DNA of 64,000 nucleotides from Lentimicrobiaceae bacterium (GTDB taxonomy: Bacteria; Bacteroidota; Bacteroidia; Bacteroidales; UBA4417): the NCBI GenBank assembly GCA_041753535.1, contig JBGSUB010000067.1:138017-202016 (forward strand), in the 5' to 3' direction. The notes beneath the pieces were generated by a model, which saw only the letters and a program-made list of their open reading frames with translations, ran no database searches and had not been told where the DNA came from. The stretch's first letter is position 1. The number at the start of each line of letters is the position of its first letter. The position numbers were made by a program, and so were the translations under genes. Positions 45,870 through 53,329 of this stretch are shown here, piece after piece.

Positions 45870-45877
45870 CAAAAGTA
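45870..45877 (-). promoter_or_regulatory. Candidate -7 box (TACTTTTG)
   Basis: Plus-strand caaaagta equals minus-strand TACTTTTG (TAnnTTTG), 44-51 nt upstream of the small-lipoprotein ATG. Confidence 0.4.
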
Positions 45878-46131
45878 TTCAGATTTTGTATAACTATAAC
45901 AAGGAATCTATATATTTATTGTATTTTATTAACTCAGGGCTGTTAAAAACTTTTAACGAATGTTTTAGGTTTTAGATGTCAGGGGTTTGAGGAGTTCCGG
46001 TTTTGTAACCAGTTCGTTGTATCTATCTGTTTATTTGAACTATAGAATGATTAAACCCGAAAGAAATCGTGGGCCAAGGAAATGTTTATGACAAGCCAGA
46101 TACAACTATCAGGAAACAATATTCAATTTTT

Positions 46132-46899
46132 CTAATACCTTACTTGCCAGAACCAGGGTTCCTCCGCTGCTTTACGCTCTTTGATCTGTTTTTGCACTAG
46201 TTCCTGGTATTCGGCTGAATTGATTTTTTTACCCTTGATTTTTTCGGGAACATCAAGTTCTGTAGTCAGCGTTTTCAGATCTATTTTATCTGCTGTCATC
46301 ACCAAGGCTCCGCTATTGATATCCACTTCCAGTATTATTCCTGGCAAGCCAAAAAATCTTTCGGGTCCGGCATTGTTCGGCATATCAAGAGCAAACCACA
46401 CAATTGTATTCTGTTTGCGAAGGGTGTCGGTCAACGAAGCATTCATACAGATATGTCCGGCTACTTCTTTCATGTCGTTAAGGATTTTCCAGGAAGGTGG
46501 TGTTATAGTGTCGTGAATCAGGTATGTTTTTCCAAGAAAAGTAATGCCATCGTACATAGAGTTTTTAGCAAAATCCCGTTTCATAAAAAATGTTTCCTTA
46601 CGGTTGCTCCAACCTTCCGAGCCAGGTTCGGCTTCTTCTTCCGAGTCCTCATATTTCGACTCATTGGCAGTAAAATGAAGCGTGGTATATGATTTCCATT
46701 CGGATCGGGTTCCCCACATATACATCATCCGGTCGCGCTGGTTTTTGCTTATATAATCAACGGTCGACATCATTTTTGCCCAGTTCTGTGTGCGCAGGTA
46801 ACGGATTGTACCTTCCGGAGCCTGGGCTTTCAACCCATTGTTTTTCAGTACTATAAGCGCAATAAAAACTATGATGGTGATTGAAATGCCTTTTTTCAT
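46132..46899 (-). CDS. GLPGLI-family protein (Bacteroidota-specific, function unknown)
   Basis: 255 aa. Signal peptide. Family-defining motif present as FGLPGIILEV. Confidence 0.85.
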   Translation of the reverse strand: MKKGISITIIVFIALIVLKNNGLKAQAPEGTIRYLRTQNWAKMMSTVDYISKNQRDRMMYMWGTRSEWKSYTTLHFTANESKYEDSEEEAEPGSEGWSNRKETFFMKRDFAKNSMYDGITFLGKTYLIHDTITPPSWKILNDMKEVAGHICMNASLTDTLRKQNTIVWFALDMPNNAGPERFFGLPGIILEVDINSGALVMTADKIDLKTLTTELDVPEKIKGKKINSAEYQELVQKQIKERKAAEEPWFWQVRY

Positions 46900-46955
46900 G
46901 CTGAAGTTTTATTTGATAAAATTTTCTGAAAATTACTGAAACTGAAAAAATGATT

Positions 46956-49778
46956 CTACCAGAAACGATTTTTTTGAAGTTTGTTTTCAAATCCTTTCAT
47001 GTTGTATGTTACACTAAGCATAAAATATCGTGCAAGTGTGTTGGTTTCACTGGTTTGTACATAATTATTGGTTGCATACTGGCTTATGCTTATGTTTTGG
47101 TTGAATATATCGAAAGCAGCAAGACGCATTTCGAATTTATTCGTTTTGCCAATAATGCGGCGTACCGAAGCATTCCACAAAGGAATTGCCTGATCGTAGC
47201 CAAAATCATTGTTTTTATACACTGAGTAATTGAAATTACTTTCGAAAAACATACGGGTTGCAAACTGCCATTTTACCGACGAACGAAGGGTATAATTGTA
47301 ATAATCTTGGTCATACTCTTCGAAAACATCGTACCTGATCTGGTGGAAACCACCCCAAAAACCGGCGGTGAGAACAAGTTTTGTGCCCGGAGTAAAATTA
47401 ATGTTGCCCCCAAGGTTTAGTCCTTTCGATTTCGAATCGTCCTGAACTCCATTTATACGTGTAGGCGAATTATTTAAATCGAAGCCACCGTTTACGTCGA
47501 CCGTTAACTTTGTTTTAATAATCGGAATGCTGGACCATAACCACGAATCTACATTAGAACTCTGCTCCATATTTTCAGGAGTTGTAGTTGTTATCATTCC
47601 TGTTCCGGGTTCAAAAACCGAAAGTTTGGTATATACTATGGAGTTGTTGGTAATACCAAAATCAACATTGAAGCCAATGTTAGCAAAGGACGACGGGTTC
47701 CAGTAATAAAGCCCGGTACTGATGCTATGCGAGTTTTCGGGAAGCAGGTTAGGGTTGCCAATTACCTGGTAGGCCGGGTTACTGGTATTATTAATGGGTT
47801 GCAGGTCGCTGAACTGTGGAGCACTTATATCGTTGGTATAGCCTACCTCCAGCCTGATATTATTCTTGAATTCATAATTGAAATTCAGATTGGGCGTAAA
47901 GTTTGGATACGATTTTGTAACGCCCAGCGAATCCCATGGCATTCCTTTGTCAGGAGCGTATTTCCCTGTAAGGTTAAGTTGTTGTTGCGCAAATCCCAGT
48001 GAAGCGTTAATTCCGTTAAAGGAATATCTTATCACGGTTCCTAACCTGTTATATAATGTAACCTGTTCGTAATAATTGCTTAGGCTGTCGATATGTTCTT
48101 CCATCATGTACGGATATGCCTGCCTGTTGCTGTTATTTTTAAGCTGACTGAAGTTATAGAAAAATTCGAGATACCATTTTTTTGATAATGGCTCGGTATA
48201 TAATGCACTTGATTTTATTTCCTGCACATTTTTATCGTTATTGATTAGTTGCCTGATTTGCTCTTTTGGTGTTGTAGCATCGAAAAACTCGTTCAGCGAA
48301 TTATAATTTTCGGTTCCGTTGCTGAGATTGAGATTATATCCGCCACTCACAGCAACCGACCGGCCTTTCTTTTTAAACAAGTGTCTGTAAATAACTGCAG
48401 TGGTGACTTTATCGGCTGCTAAATCATTGCTGTTGTCGAGTTTAAGTGAGTTATACGGCTGAAGAGTATAATCTGAGAAAGTCTGGTTGTTCAAAGCATG
48501 ATTTTCGTTGCCTGAGAAGCGGAAATTTGCTTTCACGATAAGCCTGTTGCTCGAGTCGAATTCCCTCTCAAAGCGGCTTCCGATGCTGTGGCTCGACCTG
48601 AAAGCGGAATTATAAAGCGTATCCAGTTGCGAGAAAGTATTTTCTTCGTCAAGGAATGTTTGCCTGAAACTACGCTGGTCGAAGTCCTGCTGGGTTTGGT
48701 TATAGAAATAACTTGCGTTGAGTTTGGTCCCTTTGTGATCGTAATTAAAATTTGTACCGCCTCCGTAATTTTTAGTCATCCCTTTGCCGTTGTAATTATT
48801 TAGCGGTGATTCATCATCGCTGAAAAAGTAATATCCACGTCCATAGCGGTTAAATCCGAAATCGCCGTTATCAAAATCATTAAAGGTATTATTACCTTTA
48901 AATTCGCCATAGTCTTCCCAGTTTACACCGGTTTGGTTTATATTATTGCCGTACCCGATAACCGAAAATTGTGTTTTGTCGTTAAACCGGTTATAGTTGC
49001 CCCGGGCGGCCCAGCGTTCCTCGTTACCGCCAGCAACGGTAACTTTCCCGAAAGAACCTTTTTTGTATTCCTCCTTAAGTTCCAGGTTCATGGCTTTTTC
49101 TTTCGACCCGTCATCCACGCCGGTAAGTTTCGATTGTTCCGATTTTTCATTGTAAACCTGAACTTTCGAAATAGCTTCAGCACCTAAGTTTTTGGTAACG
49201 CTTTTAGGGTCGTCGCCAAAAAAGGTTTTGCCATCAACATATAATCGTTTCACATCTTTTCCCTGTGTACTGATATTGCCATCGGCATCCACTTCAATTC
49301 CCGGCAACCGGCGCAGCAAGTCCTCAACAGTTGATCCCGGAGGAACTTTAAAGGTAGTAGCATCGTATTCAACCGTGTCGCCTCTTATGCGAAGCGGTGC
49401 CTTTGCCGCGCGTATAACCACCTCCATCAATAACTGCGAAATGGGTTTCATGCCAACCACTTTCAGGTCATTAACAGCTGTTTGCGAAGGCTCAATAATT
49501 TGCTGCAACGGGAGGAAACTCACATGCGAAGCTTTAAAAATGTAGGTGATGTTTTTAACATTATTCATAGTAAAATCACCTTTATCGTTCGAAGTAGTGA
49601 AACTAACGAGCGACGAATCGGTTGTGTTAAGCAACATTACTGTTGCAAAAGGGATTGCTTCGTGAACAGTATCCTGCAGAGTGCCTTTAATAGTAACCCG
49701 TGTTGGTTTCTGGGCTTGTAAAAAAGAGCTGAAAAATACAATCATCAGCAAGGGTAGGAAAAGTGCAATTCTCATCAT
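46956..49778 (-). CDS. Outer-membrane beta-barrel/TonB-dependent-receptor-like protein with CarboxypepD_reg domain
   Basis: 940 aa. Signal peptide ..SSFLQAQ. CarboxypepD_reg (VTIKGTLQDTVHEAIPFATVMLL). Plug-like TVEDLLRRLPGIEVD. Terminal ..KNRFW. Confidence 0.8.
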   Translation of the reverse strand: MMRIALFLPLLMIVFFSSFLQAQKPTRVTIKGTLQDTVHEAIPFATVMLLNTTDSSLVSFTTSNDKGDFTMNNVKNITYIFKASHVSFLPLQQIIEPSQTAVNDLKVVGMKPISQLLMEVVIRAAKAPLRIRGDTVEYDATTFKVPPGSTVEDLLRRLPGIEVDADGNISTQGKDVKRLYVDGKTFFGDDPKSVTKNLGAEAISKVQVYNEKSEQSKLTGVDDGSKEKAMNLELKEEYKKGSFGKVTVAGGNEERWAARGNYNRFNDKTQFSVIGYGNNINQTGVNWEDYGEFKGNNTFNDFDNGDFGFNRYGRGYYFFSDDESPLNNYNGKGMTKNYGGGTNFNYDHKGTKLNASYFYNQTQQDFDQRSFRQTFLDEENTFSQLDTLYNSAFRSSHSIGSRFEREFDSSNRLIVKANFRFSGNENHALNNQTFSDYTLQPYNSLKLDNSNDLAADKVTTAVIYRHLFKKKGRSVAVSGGYNLNLSNGTENYNSLNEFFDATTPKEQIRQLINNDKNVQEIKSSALYTEPLSKKWYLEFFYNFSQLKNNSNRQAYPYMMEEHIDSLSNYYEQVTLYNRLGTVIRYSFNGINASLGFAQQQLNLTGKYAPDKGMPWDSLGVTKSYPNFTPNLNFNYEFKNNIRLEVGYTNDISAPQFSDLQPINNTSNPAYQVIGNPNLLPENSHSISTGLYYWNPSSFANIGFNVDFGITNNSIVYTKLSVFEPGTGMITTTTPENMEQSSNVDSWLWSSIPIIKTKLTVDVNGGFDLNNSPTRINGVQDDSKSKGLNLGGNINFTPGTKLVLTAGFWGGFHQIRYDVFEEYDQDYYNYTLRSSVKWQFATRMFFESNFNYSVYKNNDFGYDQAIPLWNASVRRIIGKTNKFEMRLAAFDIFNQNISISQYATNNYVQTSETNTLARYFMLSVTYNMKGFENKLQKNRFW

Positions 49779-49949
49779 TTAAATAGGTTAAATTACAGAT
49801 GTTGAAAAGGACTATATTACTCCCCAAAGTAACGGTGAAAACTATATTTATTGTAGTTAAAAAATAATAAAAGTTGTTAAAATTCAAGAAGCTTTCTACT
49901 GAAATGCAAGATGAAAAATAGTGTTTGATTATCAATAGGTTATATATTG

Positions 49950-50999
49950 TCAGACTTTTTTTAATGTAAATGAGAATGTTGATCCCACCCCAGGTGCACT
50001 GCGTACATTAATGGTCTGATTATGTGCTTCGATAATATGTTTTACGATTGCCAGTCCTAATCCTGAGCCGCCCTGCGCTCTTGAGCGGTGTTTATCAACA
50101 CGGTAAAATCGTTCGAAAAGCCTCGAAATATGATGTTCTTCAATACCAACCCCGTTATCGGATATTTCTATAAGGTAGTTTTCGTCCATATCATAAAAAC
50201 TCACCTTGGTACGACCGCCGTCTTTTCCGTACTTTATCGAATTCAGCATCAGGTTAGTCAATACCGTACGTATTTTTTCCTTGTCGGCACTAACCATCAT
50301 ATTATCATTGTATTCGGCGGCAAATACAAGTTTAATCTGATTTTCGGTGGCAGTTGGTTCAAGAAATTCCATAACCTCACGAGCCAGCATAGTAACTGAA
50401 AAAGTAGAAAGCAAGGGAGTGGCTTCACCGGTTTCGAGCCTCGAAATAACTTCAAGGTCTTCGACTATGGTAATCATTCTTTCAATATTTTTTTGTGATT
50501 TGCTCAGGAAGTCAACATTCACATTCGGGTCGTGAATTCCTCCATCCATAAGTGTGAGAATAAATCCCTGAAGATTAAAAAGCGGGGTTTTAAGTTCATG
50601 CGATACGTTACCCAGGAATTCGCGACGGTAAAGTTCCATTTTCTTTAGTTCATCAATTTCCTCCTTACGATCGTTAGCCCAGTTTTCGACCTCTTCGTTT
50701 ACTTTTCCGATAATATCGCCGTGAATGCTTGTTATCTGTTCTTTTTTATCGTCCTTCCTGAGTTTTTGCTTGTGTATTGATTTGTAAACCAGTTTTATAC
50801 GGCTGTAAATAAAGCGTTCGAGTGAATACCTGAGCACATAATACTGAATAATTACAAGAAATATCAGAGCGGCGGCAACAAGCAGCCAGTAGTATGGTTT
50901 GCTTTCTATACCTTCGAAAAGCAGGAACAAGCCGGCAGCCAGCAGCGACAGAATGACTGATAGAATAATTGCTAGTCGTTTCGGAGTGGTTTCGGCCAT
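49950..50999 (-). CDS. Sensor histidine kinase, PhoR-like (two TM helices, minimal periplasmic loop)
   Basis: 349 aa. H-box FLGNVSHELKTPL, N-box NLMLNSIKYG, G1/F DNGVGIEEHHISRLFERFYRVD, G2 GGSGLGLAIVKHI. Confidence 0.85.
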   Translation of the reverse strand: MAETTPKRLAIILSVILSLLAAGLFLLFEGIESKPYYWLLVAAALIFLVIIQYYVLRYSLERFIYSRIKLVYKSIHKQKLRKDDKKEQITSIHGDIIGKVNEEVENWANDRKEEIDELKKMELYRREFLGNVSHELKTPLFNLQGFILTLMDGGIHDPNVNVDFLSKSQKNIERMITIVEDLEVISRLETGEATPLLSTFSVTMLAREVMEFLEPTATENQIKLVFAAEYNDNMMVSADKEKIRTVLTNLMLNSIKYGKDGGRTKVSFYDMDENYLIEISDNGVGIEEHHISRLFERFYRVDKHRSRAQGGSGLGLAIVKHIIEAHNQTINVRSAPGVGSTFSFTLKKV

Positions 51000-51004
51000 T
51001 TTAT

Positions 51005-51232
51005 GATTTGCGATTTGTGATTTTCGATTTTCGATTTTACACTGAGCGTATCCGAAGTGTTACGATTTACGATTAATGACGTTCAATTTTCAGATGAATT
51101 TCGAATTACGTTTTAAGATGTACTATTTCGGAATTAAAGGATTGGTTTTTTGGTTTTTAAATTTTTAAATTTGGAACTTTGAATTTGGGACTTGTAATTT
51201 GGTCCCGCTTCTGGCGGGAGGAATTTGGGACC
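51005..51232 (-). repeat. Inverted copy of the C/A-rich composite word element seen at 2356-2647, with a 6-bp GC hairpin
   Basis: The minus strand reads ggtCCCAAATTCCtcccgccagaagcgggaCCAAATTacaagtCCCAAATTCaaagtTCCAAATTt.. then ..AAAATCGAAAATCGAAAATCACAAATCGCAAATC. Block order is the same as at 2356-2647. Hairpin tcccgc-ttctg-gcggga at 51202-51218. Confidence 0.75.
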
Positions 51233-51284
51233 TTCAATCAACAAACTCATTCGTACATTGTACCTTCTCAGTCGTCAATACTAA

Positions 51285-51971
51285 CTAACGCGGGTCAAAT
51301 TTATATCCGACTCCTTTTATTGTTTTAATATGGTCGGTTCCTGTTTTTTCACGGATCTTGCGTATATGGACGTCAATGGTGCGTTCGCCTACTACTACAT
51401 CGTCGTCCCAAACACGCATAAGAATGTCTTCGCGCGTAAAAACTTTGCCCGGCTTTGATGCGAGAATGTTGAGTAGTTCAAATTCCTTGCGTGCGAGCTG
51501 TATTTCGCTTCCATCAATTATAATCAGGTATTTTTCCCTGTCGATGGTAATGTCTCCTGCCTGGAAAACCTTTGAGTCTTCAACTACAACCGGTATCCTG
51601 CGGAGCAAGGAATTCACTTTACTGATTAATACCGAAGGTTTTATAGGTTTGGTAATATAGTCGTCGGCTCCGGCATCCAGTCCAAGTATTTGAGTGAAAT
51701 CTTCGCTTCGGGCAGTAAAGAAAACTATAATTGTATCTTTAAGTTCTGGGAATCGTTTCAGCTCCTGGCAAGTTTCGATGCCGTCCATTTCGGGCATCAT
51801 CAGATCGAGAAGTATAAGGTGAGGAACGTCTTTTTGCACAATTTTTATCGCATCACGGCCATTCAGGCAGGTCACAACATTAAATCCTTCTTTTCGCAGG
51901 TTGTAGCCTACAAAATCGAGTATGTCCTGCTCGTCGTCAACCAGGAGGATGGTGTATTTTGATTTATCCAT
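51285..51971 (-). CDS. OmpR/PhoB-family response regulator
   Basis: 228 aa. REC domain (ILLVDDEQDILDF, DLMMPEMDG, YITKPIKPSVL). Winged helix (TIDVHIRKIREK..GVGYKFD). Confidence 0.9.
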   Translation of the reverse strand: MDKSKYTILLVDDEQDILDFVGYNLRKEGFNVVTCLNGRDAIKIVQKDVPHLILLDLMMPEMDGIETCQELKRFPELKDTIIVFFTARSEDFTQILGLDAGADDYITKPIKPSVLISKVNSLLRRIPVVVEDSKVFQAGDITIDREKYLIIIDGSEIQLARKEFELLNILASKPGKVFTREDILMRVWDDDVVVGERTIDVHIRKIREKTGTDHIKTIKGVGYKFDPR

Positions 51972-52086
51972 TTGGATTGTGTTTGATTAGTGATGGTAGT
52001 GTGTGTTAGACCGCAAGTTTTGATGAAAATATCCAAGATGTAGGCAAAGAAAAGATTTGTTTAAGTGTTAGTTAAATTGTATCTGT

Positions 52087-52908
52087 TTATTTTACAGGAA
52101 CATACCCTGCTTTGAGAACAATCTGTTGACCGGTATGTGAGAGTACAAAACCGATAAATGGACTTATTGCATCTTTCAGGTTATCAGGGTAAATATAATA
52201 GAGTGGCCGGGAAATGGGATAAGAGTTGTTTTTAACCGATTCTACCGATGGAGCTATAAAAGTAGTGCCTTTATCACCTGAAATCTCCAGAGGTTTCAAA
52301 GTTCTGTCGAGATAAGCTAATCCGACATAACCAATTGCGCCTTCTATCTGGCTCACGCTCTGCGCAATCGCACCTGTTGCAGGCATATGCAACGCAGTTG
52401 ATGAATAGTTTTTCCCATTCAGAACATGCTCTTTAAAAAACTCATAGGTTCCTGAACTGCTTTCACGTATGTACAATGCTATTTCCAGATTGGCTCCTCC
52501 AACATCTTTCCAGTTTGAAATTTTACCGGTGAAAATAGCTTCGAGTTGCTGCAAGGTAAGATGGTCAACTTTATTGGAAGGATTAACAATGACGGCCAGG
52601 GCATCGTAAGCAATAATGGTTTCGGTAACTGTAATTCCGGCTTTTTTCAGCTGAACTTTCTCATCGGCTGATATTTCTCTTGCTGATTGAGTGATATCAG
52701 TTTCTCCGGCAAGCAGCGCTGCAATTCCGGTACCCGAACCACCACCGTTTATCAGAATGGAAGCATCAATATTCCGTTTCTTATATTCTTCAGCCATCAT
52801 TTGGGCAAGTGGGAACATGGTATCGCTTCCCTTAATTCGTAACTTTTGAGCAAATATCTGATTTGCAGTTAAGAAGAGTATTAACACAAAAAGACCGGAT
52901 GACTTCAT
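52087..52908 (-). CDS. PstS-family phosphate-binding periplasmic protein (no pstCAB adjacent)
   Basis: 273 aa. Signal peptide. PBP_like_2 motifs GSDTMFPLAQ, GGGSGTGIAALLAGETDI, RESSSGTYEFF. Confidence 0.8.
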   Translation of the reverse strand: MKSSGLFVLILFLTANQIFAQKLRIKGSDTMFPLAQMMAEEYKKRNIDASILINGGGSGTGIAALLAGETDITQSAREISADEKVQLKKAGITVTETIIAYDALAVIVNPSNKVDHLTLQQLEAIFTGKISNWKDVGGANLEIALYIRESSSGTYEFFKEHVLNGKNYSSTALHMPATGAIAQSVSQIEGAIGYVGLAYLDRTLKPLEISGDKGTTFIAPSVESVKNNSYPISRPLYYIYPDNLKDAISPFIGFVLSHTGQQIVLKAGYVPVK

Positions 52909-53089
52909 AAAGGCAAAATTACATTATTTGTTAAATAATTGTAAAGTAAGTCACATGATATTACGTGCCGGTTATTCCAATGTTAAATAAATATTAAGAT
53001 AAAAATCTGTTTTTTGCAAAAAAAGCAATGATTTTACAGTTTCTATACTAATAGTAAGAAAATCAGAATATAACCTGATCTATTCATAA

Positions 53090-53188
53090 ACTTTGTGAAA
53101 TCTTAGTGTAACCCTTTGTGCAACTTGGTGGTACAACTTTTTTGTAATACAAAGGACCTCAAAGCTAACCAAAAAGTAACACTAAGAG
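53090..53188. repeat. Imperfect palindrome built from CTTTGTG/CTTAGTG words (same word type as 2411-2448)
   Basis: Left arm CTTTGTGaaatCTTAGTGtaaccCTTTGTGcaaCTTGGTGgta. Right arm aataCAAAGgacctCAAAGctaaccaaaaagtaaCACTAAGag. Confidence 0.7.
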
Positions 53189-53261
53189 ATCGAGTTAACT
53201 AGAAAGATTTTTGAATTCTCCAGGTTATATAAAGAGATTTTTATAACCGCAGTTAAACAGT

Positions 53262-53290
53262 AACTGCCGGATGAAATTAACCCGGCAGTT
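53262..53290 (-). terminator. Hairpin downstream of the 758-aa PiT gene (possible terminator)
   Basis: aactgccgg / ccggcagtt form a 9-bp stem with an 11-nt loop, 40 nt after the stop. The U-tract on the minus strand is poor. Confidence 0.35.
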
Positions 53291-53329
53291 TTAGCTGAAA
53301 TAAATTCTGATATTTCTGAAAAAAGGATT

